From: Thermodesulfobacteriota bacterium
GTDB lineage: Bacteria; Desulfobacterota_D; UBA1144; Nemesobacterales; JAJCZQ01
NCBI GenBank assembly: GCA_965215275.1
Contig: OZ244044.1
Coordinates: forward strand, 256,001 to 320,000
Length of the DNA: 64,000 bases
Reading direction: 5' to 3'
Numbering within the stretch: the stretch's first letter is position 1; every line of letters starts with the position of its first letter. The position numbers and the translations under genes were made by a program. The notes below the pieces were generated by a model that was not told the origin of the DNA, searched no databases, and saw only the letters and a list, made by a program, of their open reading frames with translations. Below, piece after piece: positions 11,237 to 21,970 of this stretch.

Positions 11237-12256
11237 TCAGCGGATGGGAGCTGCGTATAAAATACCACCTTTTTTCCAGGAAGCGTTCAATCCCCGTTCC
11301 AGTTTAATGGGTGATTTAGACCCGAGGTTCCTTTCGAATATCTCACTGTAGTTGCCAACCGCGGAGATCGCCCTTACCGCCCATTTTTTATCAAGGTCGA
11401 GCATTTTACCTGCATTTCCCTCAGTACCGAGAAGACGGTTAACAGCTGGGTTGTTTCCCGGTCTGGACGCGAGTTCTTTAACGTTCTTTGAGGTTATACC
11501 CAGTTCTTCAGCAATGATCAGTGAATTGACGATCCATTTCCCGACGTCCATCCACTGGTCGTCGCCGTGACGAACGGCACCTGCAAGCGGCTCTTTTGAA
11601 ATGATCTCAGGCAGTATTACATGGGCCGACGGATCTTTCAGAGCTGAACGGGTAGAGGCCAGAGTGGATTTGTCCGTGGTGTAAACGTCGCACCTTTGAG
11701 CTGAGTAACTCGCAATGCTTTCTTCGTTCGTTTCAGTATTAACAGGATAATATTTCATATTGTGGGTGCGGAAGTAATCTGCGATATTAAGTTCAGTTGT
11801 GGTACCGGTCTGGACACAGATGGAGGCCCCGTCAAGTTCTCTTGCGGACTTTACTCCAAGGTCCTTACGCAGCAGAAAACCTTGACCATCATAGTAAGTT
11901 ACGGGCAGGAAGTTTAATTTCAGGTCGACGTCCCGGGTCAATGTCTCGGTGGTATTACGGAACAGAATATCTCCCTGTCCCGAATTGAGAAGGGTAAAAC
12001 GTGTTTTGCTCGTGGAAGGAATGAACTTTACCTTTGTGGCATCACCCAATATAGCGGCGGCGGCGGCACGGCAAAAATCAATGTCAAAGCCTTTCCATTT
12101 ACCCTGTTTATCAGGTGCGGCAAATCCAGCCAGTCCGGTCGCAACTACGCAGTTCAACTTACCCCTGTTCTTGACGTCATCAAGAACGCCAGAATAAGTT
12201 TCAGATGTGAACATGGAAAGTACTAAAATTATAGTAAAACAGCTGGTCATCCTCAT
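11237..12256 (-). CDS. Amino-acid ABC substrate-binding protein (AapJ/BztA-like)
   Basis: Signal peptide, GFDIDFCRA, YYDGQGF, ICVQTGTTTE, PEIISKEPL. Confidence 0.92.
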   Translation of the reverse strand: MRMTSCFTIILVLSMFTSETYSGVLDDVKNRGKLNCVVATGLAGFAAPDKQGKWKGFDIDFCRAAAAAILGDATKVKFIPSTSKTRFTLLNSGQGDILFRNTTETLTRDVDLKLNFLPVTYYDGQGFLLRKDLGVKSARELDGASICVQTGTTTELNIADYFRTHNMKYYPVNTETNEESIASYSAQRCDVYTTDKSTLASTRSALKDPSAHVILPEIISKEPLAGAVRHGDDQWMDVGKWIVNSLIIAEELGITSKNVKELASRPGNNPAVNRLLGTEGNAGKMLDLDKKWAVRAISAVGNYSEIFERNLGSKSPIKLERGLNASWKKGGILYAAPIR

Positions 12257-12495
12257 ATTAACAGGTCTCCCTTAACAGGTTGTACTACATATCATATTAT
12301 TTATTTCCGATCAGCATGTCAACAACGTAGCCACAAACATCTTTATATCGGATCATAATGATATGGACTTTGTAAAAATAAGGGAACTCCATACAGACAG
12401 TTATGCTAAATGAATAAATCGGGTGAAGGATCTCGTAGTGAGATTCCTGTGGTATTAAGAATATCGAAGGTCAGAAGAAAACAAGTACCCCATTG

Positions 12496-14999
12496 TTAGG
12501 TCTTTATCCGAGACCTTATATTCCTTCTTATCACAACGGATACAGGTATAAGCATCAGTGATGCCAATGCTGTGAGCATATCAGGAACAGCTTCGTTCTG
12601 ATCGGAAAGCACGCATCCTCCTCCACCTCCGCCTTCATCACTACCTGATGTTGGTGGTCTTGGTGGTCTTGGTCTTGGCGGTGGTGGGTCCGTTGGTTCT
12701 GGTGGCGTAGTCGTTACCCTGATAGTAAAGCTCAGCTCATCCGTATCTCCATCTTCATCCGTTACCTTATATGTATAACTGCCAGAAGATACAGCAGTTG
12801 GTGTTCCGCTAAGCACTCTGTCAGCTTCACTGAAAGTAACTCCATCTGGTAAAAGAGGGGAAAGGCTGTAGGTTAATTCTCCATTCCCTGCTGTTGCCTC
12901 AGGCAGTGTTTCCTTTACTGCAGTTCCCGGCACGTAGTTCTTATCTGGTATCGTCCAGCTGTTAAACGTCGGTGTATCACCAGACATATGACCATAGACC
13001 TTAATGTTCCATGAGTGTAAGGTCCCCGTACCTGCAATTGAATTATTAGTTATCTTCAAGGTCCACTCTCCGGCAGGGTCTGTTCCCAGGTGATTAGCTA
13101 AACCAAAACGATGTTCTCTGCCCGTGTACTTAAAGTCGTTTACAGTAAGTGATCCGTCAGATAAATGTGATATTGCATCTGCTGGATATGCCTCAGTGAG
13201 TTTCGACAGGGTACCGTCAGGGGAAGTTATTTCTATATCCAAAAAAGGAAAGAAAGGGTGAGTAAAATTGATACCTATCTCTATAAATTCCGTAAAGACC
13301 TCAGTGTCTTGTATATTGATATCAGGTACTGTCAGTGTGAAGACAGCGGAAACGTCTTCTGCGTTTCCTCCCGTTGTGAAGTCTGGTATAATCGTATTGA
13401 TATTACCCGAGGAAACCGTTACGGGTCTCATTTGCGGTGGAACGTTGGTCCAGTTTTCGGCAAGTTCTACTGCCGCAGCGGCGTCTACCATACCAAAACC
13501 GAACTTTGGATGGTAACGATAATCTTCTGAATCAGAACCATATTGAAGTGCTGTGCTATACCAGTCTGTGTCGACAAAATCTGACCGTTCGTCATTGCGG
13601 GCTGAACCTGCCAGGATAAGTTTCAGGTCCCGCCAGCTAACATCGCTGTTTACCTCCCGTATCAGTGCTGCTACTCCTGAAACGATCGCAGCTGAATTTG
13701 ACGTTCCAGAGAACTCAAAAGTATAACCGTCGTTATTGTTGGTAGTTACAATACCAGAACCCGGTGCACATACCCATAGATTGTATCCCTCTTCTGAAAA
13801 GGGACTCTTAGTGATCTCCCCTATATTAACGATATCCCCTGTATTATCCTGTTTTACTGAACATACGGTAGTTACAGCGTAGTAGTTGGAATACTCATTA
13901 AAATTAGCCTGATCTGATCCTTCATGTCCATCCCCTGCCGCCCATACGTAAAATACTCCTTTACCACCAAATCCTTCTCTTATACCAGTTTCCACTCCTT
14001 CTTCCCACTCCGATGAAGCCTCTGTAAGAACGGGCAGGTCCTTCGGTCCCCAGTTGTTGACCGATACAGCCGTTATATCCTTATTACGGACCATAGCGTC
14101 CTTTGCATTAGCATCACTGAAGTTATCAGCTAAATTATAACTGTAGATGCTTGCCTCAGGTGCTACACCTCTTACTCCAAGGCTGTTATCACCCACTGCT
14201 GCTATAATGCCAGCCACACGTGTACCACGACCACTGAAAGGACTGTACAGATCACCGCTTCCTGAGTAATCATGAGAAAGGGTGGTATCTATGTTATCAG
14301 CAAGGTCCTCATGATCTGTGTCCATACCATGATCTACCACCGCTACGTTAATCCCAGCTCCAAATACATTATCATCCCATACCTCTTCTATATTTATGCT
14401 CATATCTGCTTCAGAAATGTCGATCGTCTGATCACCTAATGTCAGATCACTCCCTGGATATTTCAGATACCACTGACACCCGTATAAGGGATCATTTGGA
14501 TAATTGGTAGTGATAACTGGACAGTCGTTGAATAACTGATTAGAATCAGCGAATGAAACACCTAATTCGTAGGGTGTAGCACCACTGCTTCCCACAATTA
14601 TATAGTACGTTCCACGTCTGAGGCGAGTTTCTATAGTAGCCGTCGCTGAGTTCCTTGATACAGTCACTTCAGCAGTACTTGCTATCAGATAATCATTACT
14701 GTCACATACCTGTAAGCTGTATTCCTGATCATTGGAGAAGGTGAACTTTACACTTATCTCTGCGATAAAAACGTTATCTGTGTTTACCTGTGTCCGAAAG
14801 TAAAGCAGTCCACCGGCATCCTCTAAACTTCCTCTGCGTTTTGAACCATCCAGTCTTAAAGTAGCTTCGACCGCTGCACTGGAATCACAGTTATTAACGC
14901 TGGTCTGACCATATGCACTAACGTTTACAAGGCACAGAAGAAAGAAAAAGGGAATTAATAACTTATGGGGGGGGGTATTACTCTAAACAGGATGTTCAT
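12496..14999 (-). CDS. Paralog 1: kexin-like S8 pseudo-protease + P-domain + Ig-like domain + GGGGC-TM tail; frameshifted at C9
   Basis: ATG 14999 gives MNILFRVIPPPISY*. One extra C gives MNILFRVIPPPHKLLIPFFFLLCLVNVSAYG, and this frame is open into ORF 12496..14667 (checked codon by codon). S8 motifs VAVVDHG, RGTRVAG, WAAGD, GTSNS; P-domain GEWTLKI...LHSW. Confidence 0.88.
14967..14975 (-). repeat. C9 tract (coding strand) in paralog 1 signal region
   Basis: G9 on the + strand. Confidence 0.95.
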
Positions 15000-15008
15000 G
15001 ACCTTTTC

Positions 15009-15038
15009 ATTTTACTTTGTATCCTGACCAAATGTCAA
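15009..15038 (-). promoter_or_regulatory. Sigma70-type promoter of paralog 1
   Basis: TTGACA-18 bp-TAAAAT, 9 nt before the ATG; conserved upstream of paralog 3. Confidence 0.7.
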
Positions 15039-15370
15039 GAATAATTTCTTTTAAGATGTACAAGCGTGGTTCTAGTGGGGTAAGATCATCACCAGGCCAA
15101 ATGTTCAGAGATCAGAATAACCGATCTGCCACATAACGACCTCATTAACCTGCTCTGAAAAATTTTTTGAGTGACTTCAGACCCAAAAAGGACTAAAATA
15201 GAAAAGGCAGACATTTAAATCTATAAAGGACGAAAGACAGCCGGGTACACAGAGGCAAGGTCCCTGCTGATCTTTCCTGATCATTAAAGCATATTATTCC
15301 CATGTTTTAACGTGCTTTAATGACCGACGACTGAACTGATAGAACGTACAGGGAGAGCTATAACGATAAA

Positions 15371-16081
15371 ATGTCAAGTGCAGCACTGATAACGGGTGGA
15401 GCAAAAAGGATCGGAAGGTCAATCTCAATGGAACTTGCCCGTATGGGATACGACATTGCCATTCATTACAATTCATCATATAAGGAAGCGGCCGATGCAA
15501 GGTCCGAAGTTGAAAGGTCTGGAGTTAAATGTGAGATATTCAGGTCCGACCTGTCGGAACTTTCCGGCATATCGTCCTTGATAGACGAAGTGGTCTCAAG
15601 GTTTCCCGGTCTTAACGTCCTTATTAACAACGCGTCAATGTTCAGAGAGATAAGATTTGCCGATGTGACCGAGCAGGACTTCAAGGCCGACTTTAACGTG
15701 AACTTCAAAGCACCTTTTTTTCTCTGCCAGGACTTTGCAAGGAACGTCTCAAGTGGTCTGATCGTAAATATGCTCGACTCAAGGATCTCCAAGGTCCACA
15801 ACGCTCACTTTGTTTACAACCTGAGCAAGAAATCACTTCATCAGCTTACGCTCATGCTCGCCAAGGAACTTGGTCCTGATATCAGGGTGAATGCGATATG
15901 TCCTGGACCCATACTCCCTGCATCTGGGGACGACCCGGACAAATTCAGAGAGATCGTCTCAAAAATACCATTAGAAAAAAGCGGGGATACAGTATATATT
16001 AACCAGGCCGTCAGATATCTGGTAACTAACGAGTTCACTACCGGAGAAGTACTGTTCGTGGACGGCGGACAGCACCTGTAA
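15371..16081 (+). CDS. SDR family oxidoreductase, pteridine reductase/FolM-like
   Basis: TGGAKRIG, LINNAS, YNLSK; adjacent to folB/folK. Confidence 0.85.
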   Translation: MSSAALITGGAKRIGRSISMELARMGYDIAIHYNSSYKEAADARSEVERSGVKCEIFRSDLSELSGISSLIDEVVSRFPGLNVLINNASMFREIRFADVTEQDFKADFNVNFKAPFFLCQDFARNVSSGLIVNMLDSRISKVHNAHFVYNLSKKSLHQLTLMLAKELGPDIRVNAICPGPILPASGDDPDKFREIVSKIPLEKSGDTVYINQAVRYLVTNEFTTGEVLFVDGGQHL

Positions 16082-16083
16082 AG

Positions 16084-16434
16084 ATGATAATAAAGATCGA
16101 GAACTTAAAGCTGAGAACGATAATAGGAGTGTTCGACTGGGAAAAACGGATAAAGCAGGACGTTACCATTAATATTGAAATAGAGTTCGATGGAAAAAAG
16201 GCCGGTGAGAGCGATAATATAGAGGACACGGTCGACTATAAATCCCTGAACAAAAAGATCATAAATTACGTGGAAAAAAACAGTTTCAACCTTCTGGAAA
16301 GAATGGCCGTTCGTATAGGTGACATGGTCATGGAAGATATAAAGGCAAAAAAGGCAACCGTTAAGGTCGATAAGCCAGGTGCACTGAGGTTTGCAGAATC
16401 CGTTTCGATCACTCACGAGATCAAGCGAGACTGA
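16084..16434 (+). CDS. folB: Dihydroneopterin aldolase/epimerase (FolB/FolX family)
   Basis: IIGVFDWEK..KQ, TVDY, LLE, KPGAL. Confidence 0.85.
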   Translation: MIIKIENLKLRTIIGVFDWEKRIKQDVTINIEIEFDGKKAGESDNIEDTVDYKSLNKKIINYVEKNSFNLLERMAVRIGDMVMEDIKAKKATVKVDKPGALRFAESVSITHEIKRD

Positions 16435-16435
16435 A

Positions 16436-16819
16436 ATGAACACGGTAGTTGTAGGCGCAGGTTCGAACATCGACCCCGAGGACAATATCAGGCTTGCCAG
16501 AGAAGAAATATCCCTGGAAACAGATCTGATAAGTTCCTCGAAGTTCATTTTCACAAAACCCGTCGGGTGCGTGGAACAGGATGATTTTCTGAACGGTGCG
16601 TTCCTTATAAAGACCAGAAAGGACGAAAGCGGTATTAACGAGGTACTGAAAAATATCGAGATAAAACTTGGAAGAAAAAAAGCAGCAAGTAAGGACGCAC
16701 CGAGAACTATCGATCTTGACGTTCTGATATGGAACGGCCAGGTGATCGATCAGGACGTGTATTCACGAAATTTCCTAAGGGATGCCGTACTGGAACTGCT
16801 GCCGGACTTTAAATTTTAA
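16436..16819 (+). CDS. folK: HPPK, hydroxymethyldihydropterin pyrophosphokinase
   Basis: GSNI, QDDFLNGA, PRTIDLDVL; start taken at ATG 16436. Confidence 0.92.
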   Translation: MNTVVVGAGSNIDPEDNIRLAREEISLETDLISSSKFIFTKPVGCVEQDDFLNGAFLIKTRKDESGINEVLKNIEIKLGRKKAASKDAPRTIDLDVLIWNGQVIDQDVYSRNFLRDAVLELLPDFKF

Positions 16820-16830
16820 AGGGTTTTACT

Positions 16831-17364
16831 ATGAAAAGAACATCGTCCCTACATGCAATACTCACCCCGGATCAGATAAGCGAACGGGTAAAAGAGCTTG
16901 GAACTATCATATCAAAAGATTATAAGAACCTTAATCCGGTCCTTATGGGGATCTTAAACGGAAGCTTTATCTTTCTGGGGGACCTGGTAAGAAGTATGAA
17001 CATAGTACACGAAATTGATTTTATCAAGGTCTCAAGCTATAAGAACGGTGGCACGGGTGGAGACGTTTCACTTATACGGGACCTTTCAACCGATATTTCA
17101 GGAAGAGAGGTCTTAATCATAGAAGATATCATAGACACAGGAAGATCACTGTCCTACCTGGAGAAGCACATTGCAAAATACAAACCAATAGATATAAAGA
17201 CCTGTACCCTGATAGACAAGAAAGAAAGACGTGAGGTAAATGTGTCGGCAGCCTATAAGGGCTTTGATATCGAAGAGGGATTTCTCATAGGCTACGGAAT
17301 GGATTACAGAGGATGGGGAAGGAACATAAAAGGGATATATAAACTGGATCTCGAAGGAGAATAA
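16831..17364 (+). CDS. hpt: Hypoxanthine phosphoribosyltransferase
   Basis: VLIIEDIIDTGRSL PRPP motif, GYGMDY. Confidence 0.93.
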   Translation: MKRTSSLHAILTPDQISERVKELGTIISKDYKNLNPVLMGILNGSFIFLGDLVRSMNIVHEIDFIKVSSYKNGGTGGDVSLIRDLSTDISGREVLIIEDIIDTGRSLSYLEKHIAKYKPIDIKTCTLIDKKERREVNVSAAYKGFDIEEGFLIGYGMDYRGWGRNIKGIYKLDLEGE

Positions 17365-17365
17365 A

Positions 17366-17842
17366 ATGGGATTAAGAGAACGGATACCGGAAGATATAAG
17401 ATCGGCACTGCGCCAGAAGAGGTCTCTTGAACTTAACGTTCTGAGAATGCTTCAGGCATCCATAAAGAACAGGGAGATAGAAAGCAGAGGCGAGCTGAAC
17501 GATGAACAGGTCGTTCAGGTAATATCGAGCGAGATCAAAAAAAGAAGAGAGGCAGAGCAGGAGTATATGAAGGTCAGCCGGGAAGATGCAGCAAAACTGG
17601 AAAGGCTGGAGATAGATATACTGATGAAATATATGCCAGAACAGCTGTCCGAAGAAGAGATAGTCGCCAGATGCCTTGAGGTGATCTCAGATGTCGGCGC
17701 CCATGGATTAAGGGACATGGGAGCGGTAATGAAGTCGGTCATGTCCCGGTTAAAGGGAAAAGCGGACGGTAAGCTTATAAACCACATAGTCAGAGAGGAA
17801 CTTGAAAAAATGGAAAGAAGGTTAGAGGAAACAGATGAGTAA
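17366..17842 (+). CDS. GatB/YqeY domain protein
   Basis: EIKKRREA, YMPEQLSEEE, DMGAVM, GKADG. Confidence 0.9.
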   Translation: MGLRERIPEDIRSALRQKRSLELNVLRMLQASIKNREIESRGELNDEQVVQVISSEIKKRREAEQEYMKVSREDAAKLERLEIDILMKYMPEQLSEEEIVARCLEVISDVGAHGLRDMGAVMKSVMSRLKGKADGKLINHIVREELEKMERRLEETDE

Positions 17843-19652
17843 AGTCCAGAAGACAGCACCTGAAACCGGTGCAGAGGGTATAAAATGGGACCTGAACGAC
17901 CTTTACAAAGGAACCAAGGACCTCAGCATAGAACGCGACCTGAAAAAGATCCGCAAAAGTGCCGAGCGATTCGAAAAAAGGTACAGGAACGAAATACGGT
18001 CTGCCAAGCTCGATCCGGAAACATTACTGAAAGCGGTCAGGGAACTGGAGAAAATATCAGAAGCTGCCGGTAAACTGCTGTCCTACGCTCATCTTCTTTT
18101 TGCAGGTGATACGAACAGTTCTGAACATGGTGCCTTTTTGCAGTCCATGCAGGAAAAGATCACCGATATCAGGAAAAAGCTGATCTTTTTTGAACTTGAG
18201 TGGATCAGGCTCCCTGAAAGGACTGCGGGGAAAATACTTAAAGACGGCAGGCTTTCAGGCTATGCCCATTTCCTCAGACATTACAGAAAATATAAACCGC
18301 ACTCACTTTCCGAACCCGAGGAAAAGATAGTTGCAGAAAAGGACAATACGGGATCAGTGGCGTTCTGCAGGCTGTTCGATGAAGTAATAAACAACATTGA
18401 GTTCAGGATAAGACTGGACGGCAAAGTCCAAACCCTGACCGAGACGCAGGTCCTAGCACTTTTATATCACCCTGACAGAAAAACGAGAAGGTCCGCTTCT
18501 GTAAGCCTTACAAAAGGACTTGAGAACAACTCTCACGTCCTGACCTATATATTCAATACCTTGCTGAACGACCATTCGATCAACGACCGTTTACGCTCCT
18601 ACCCTCATATAATGGCGCACAGGAACCTGAACAACGAGATCGACGAGCAGACCGTCAGCACGCTGCTGCGGTCGTGTGTAGAAAGTTACGGCACGGTTGA
18701 AGAATATTACGACCTGAAGAAAGAACTTCTCGGTCTGAACAAAATGTACGACTATGACAGATACGCTCCCATATCGTCCGAAGATAAGACCATTAAATAT
18801 GGTGAGGCAAAGAACGTCATACTGGAAGCTTTTGGTGATTTTTCACCAAAGATGGCACGAATTGCAAAAACATTTTTTGATAAAAACTGGATAGACGCAG
18901 AGCTGAGAGAAGGTAAAAGAGGCGGTGCTTTCAGCCACGGCACCGTTCCCAGCGTCCATCCGTACGTGCTCGTTAACTACTCCGGAAAGATGAGGGACGT
19001 TATGACGGTAGCCCATGAACTGGGGCACGGCGTTCATCAGTATCTTTCAAGGAAACGGGGATATTTTCAGGCAAATACCCCGCTCACCACGGCAGAGACC
19101 GCAAGCGTTTTTGCCGAGATGCTCGTTTTTGACAGACTGATAAAGAACGAAAAAAGCAAGAAAGCAAAACTATCACTTATGTGCGGGAAACTTGAAGACG
19201 CCTTTGCCACGGTTTTCAGACAGGTGGTCATGACAAAGTTCGAAGAAGCACTTCATACAAAAAGACGTGAAGAAGGAGAACTTACAAAAGAAGCGATCAA
19301 CGAGTTGTGGATAGAGGCAAATAAGGCCATGTTCGGTAACTCTGTCGAGCTTACGGAAAACTACAATATATGGTGGATGTATATACCGCACTTTATCCAT
19401 TCTCCCTTTTACTGCTATGCCTATTCGTTCGGTGAACTGTTAGTTCTTGCCCTTTATCAAAAATACCTGCAGGAGGGAAGAACATTCGTTCCAAAATACC
19501 TGGATATGCTGTCCGCCGGTGGAAGTGAACCTCCGGAAAAGATCATTGAAAAAGTAGGAGTGAACATCAAAGACCCCGATTTCTGGCAGGGAGGATTGAA
19601 CCTGTTGAGCGGTATGGTCAAAGAGACCACAGAACTGGCACGAACACTATGA
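17835..19652 (+). CDS. pepF: M3B oligoendopeptidase F
   Basis: WDLNDLY, GKRGGAF, HELGHGVH zinc motif, AETASVFAE, FYCYAYSFG. Confidence 0.9.
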   Translation: MSKVQKTAPETGAEGIKWDLNDLYKGTKDLSIERDLKKIRKSAERFEKRYRNEIRSAKLDPETLLKAVRELEKISEAAGKLLSYAHLLFAGDTNSSEHGAFLQSMQEKITDIRKKLIFFELEWIRLPERTAGKILKDGRLSGYAHFLRHYRKYKPHSLSEPEEKIVAEKDNTGSVAFCRLFDEVINNIEFRIRLDGKVQTLTETQVLALLYHPDRKTRRSASVSLTKGLENNSHVLTYIFNTLLNDHSINDRLRSYPHIMAHRNLNNEIDEQTVSTLLRSCVESYGTVEEYYDLKKELLGLNKMYDYDRYAPISSEDKTIKYGEAKNVILEAFGDFSPKMARIAKTFFDKNWIDAELREGKRGGAFSHGTVPSVHPYVLVNYSGKMRDVMTVAHELGHGVHQYLSRKRGYFQANTPLTTAETASVFAEMLVFDRLIKNEKSKKAKLSLMCGKLEDAFATVFRQVVMTKFEEALHTKRREEGELTKEAINELWIEANKAMFGNSVELTENYNIWWMYIPHFIHSPFYCYAYSFGELLVLALYQKYLQEGRTFVPKYLDMLSAGGSEPPEKIIEKVGVNIKDPDFWQGGLNLLSGMVKETTELARTL

Positions 19653-19809
19653 GGTAAGGGTCGTCATAGACGTTTTAAACATGGATATTATCATGATTTA
19701 ACAGCTACTGTTTCTGGAAACTTCAATAAGACTATTAAAAAAGAAGTGGAAGAAGGACTGGAGGATTTTATAAAAGATATAAACGAACTAAATAAAGGAA
19801 ATCCAAATA

Positions 19810-20646
19810 ATGCAAACAAATTGTAGTATTAGAGGGAAAATACTTTCTCTTAAGGAGGGATATATGAATAGAAATAATGAATTAGATACTGTATATAAAG
19901 CAATTAAAAATATAATGATAGAAGGTTGTGTTAATGATTCTTTTAAACCCAGTGATTTGATTGAAAGAAAATCAAAAGAACCAGGTATATATGATTTTGT
20001 TAGCAGAAGAACACCAAATATGTATGATTTTTTTAAAATACCAAAACCTTTACACGAAAAAATAGATGTTATTCCAACAGATAGTGTAGATAATGGGTTT
20101 AAAGATTTTGGATTTAGTTTTAATACTGAATTACTTCCTCTACCTCATGAACGTTTTAATTACACAATGAATAATATAAATGGTATCAAAAAAACATTTT
20201 TTGATACTCAATTAAATAACATTATATCTAATATGCTATATAAATATGCTGAAGGTAAAAATAATAAATGTAAATTTAATGTGGATCAGTTGAATATCAA
20301 CGGATGGGTTAAAAACAGATTTAGTGATGGGCAAGTAAATCCAGATTTTATTATTGCAAATCTTTCAGATATTTTAGTACTTACCAGAAAAAAAATTGAT
20401 GCAGGATGTATTTTACTTTCTGAGGGTATTTCAAAAAAAGAAATACCTTTATCTAAATCAGTCGGACTTCCAGAAAGATGTGCTTTATTAATTGATTCAA
20501 AATTTATAAAAGCTAATTATTTAAATGAATCGTCATTGATACCTTGTGATTTAAAATTAAGTTTTTATTTTAGGATACCTTTTAAGATAGATATTATAAA
20601 TTCAAATGCAGTTCATATACTTGAATTAGTTTATGGTAATAATTAA
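19810..20646 (+). CDS. Hypothetical protein in AT-rich island, weak HK97-fold-like C-terminus
   Basis: 278-codon ORF in very AT-rich DNA; start may be ATG 19864 after AAGGAGG. Confidence 0.55.
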   Translation: MQTNCSIRGKILSLKEGYMNRNNELDTVYKAIKNIMIEGCVNDSFKPSDLIERKSKEPGIYDFVSRRTPNMYDFFKIPKPLHEKIDVIPTDSVDNGFKDFGFSFNTELLPLPHERFNYTMNNINGIKKTFFDTQLNNIISNMLYKYAEGKNNKCKFNVDQLNINGWVKNRFSDGQVNPDFIIANLSDILVLTRKKIDAGCILLSEGISKKEIPLSKSVGLPERCALLIDSKFIKANYLNESSLIPCDLKLSFYFRIPFKIDIINSNAVHILELVYGNN

Positions 20647-20885
20647 AGGGAATTATATACTCTTATAACTACTTACTTTTCTTATTTTTTTCTTTCTTAA
20701 ACCTTCTTAACTGGTTTTTTATGTTTTTTAACAAGTTTAAGATTATCTTTAAACATAGATTACACCACTTTGTCTATAGTAGCTGGGATATGTTGTATAA
20801 ATTCTATTTTTTCTGTCATTAATCCTTAAGCATTTTCCATACTTTTTACTATGGCAACTTCACAGAAATCATAAAAAGAACCGTA

Positions 20886-21170
20886 CTAATCTTTCACCTC
20901 ATTCCACACATCTTTGCGTCTAGCGCTATGTTTGGCTAAATAAGGCAGATTGGTGCAGATAATAGAACGATGAGGATTGGCAACCTGAACAAGACCATCA
21001 TTCAATTCCCAGTGTTCTTCTGACAGGTCGTAACCATGCGGGATAATATCATAGTCTGCACAAAGCTAATCAATCGTATTGCAAGCACCGGCGAACGGGT
21101 ATAAAACATGTAGATAAGATTCAAGATAATCCCTTATTGGACGAGTCAAAAAGAATCTTGTGCAGTTTTT
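20886..21170 (-). pseudogene. Amino-methyltransferase (N6A/N4C) remnant
   Basis: Hand translation: VLYPFAGACNTID*...GYDL...NDGL...IICTNLPYLAKHSARR, i.e. motif I (DPFAG) and motif IV (NPPY) degenerate, with an internal stop. Confidence 0.6.
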
Positions 21171-21311
21171 TTACTATTTATATATTTATTCTGCTCTTTC
21201 GAGATGAGCATTTTGGTTTCGAGCATCATTACCTTATTATATAAAGACATAAAATAAACGATCAGATACAGGTTGTTTTATATTTATCAGAGATAGGTAA
21301 CAGGATAATTA

Positions 21312-21740
21312 CTAATTTCTATTTTTTTCTAATAATTGTTTAATTTCTGCTGTTTGATTAGCAAGTTTTTGCTCAAGATTAGCAAACTTTTCATCAATTA
21401 ATTTATATTGCCTGTCGAACTTTGCATCCTGCTTATCAAACTTTGCATCTTGCTTGTCTGAAATTTTTTGAATAAAGTCACTAAAATATTTGCTCATATC
21501 TATCTCCTTAATACTTATTTCACTCTTGATATAAGTTCTTATAATAAAAAAACTTCCAACAACAACAGAAGTAGATACAATAACAAACGGCAACAATTCA
21601 TACTCAACAAATTCAATGTTGCCACCGTATAATACGAATAAGAAAAAGACAATACCTACTATTAAAAACAATGCGAACAGTATATTGACTATCTTCTCTA
21701 GTAAGTTTTGATCATTATTAGAATGTTCGCTAATTATCAA
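21312..21740 (-). CDS. Hypothetical membrane/coiled-coil protein
   Basis: Two hydrophobic segments, then a DKQDAKF x2 heptad repeat; internal AAGGAG-ATG at 21497 could give a 61-aa product. Confidence 0.55.
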   Translation of the reverse strand: MIISEHSNNDQNLLEKIVNILFALFLIVGIVFFLFVLYGGNIEFVEYELLPFVIVSTSVVVGSFFIIRTYIKSEISIKEIDMSKYFSDFIQKISDKQDAKFDKQDAKFDRQYKLIDEKFANLEQKLANQTAEIKQLLEKNRN

Positions 21741-21970
21741 TACCTCCTCGCTTTCTATAGTATCATTCTAATAATTTAGGTGTCAATAAATATATTAATA
21801 ATTATGAATATTTAGATTTACAAAGATGGAGAAGATGTAACCACCACCAAAATATTAGGGAACTATACAGTAATCAATGTAATATCGCCTCAGTAGGTTT
21901 TGCAAATACACCTTTACTCAGAACAATACTTTGTTAAAATAATCCCATCAGGACATTCAGGAGGAACAGT

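Noticed and set aside
12650..12710. GGT-rich microsatellite
   Set aside because: Explained by the Pro/Arg/Thr linker coding sequence of paralog 1
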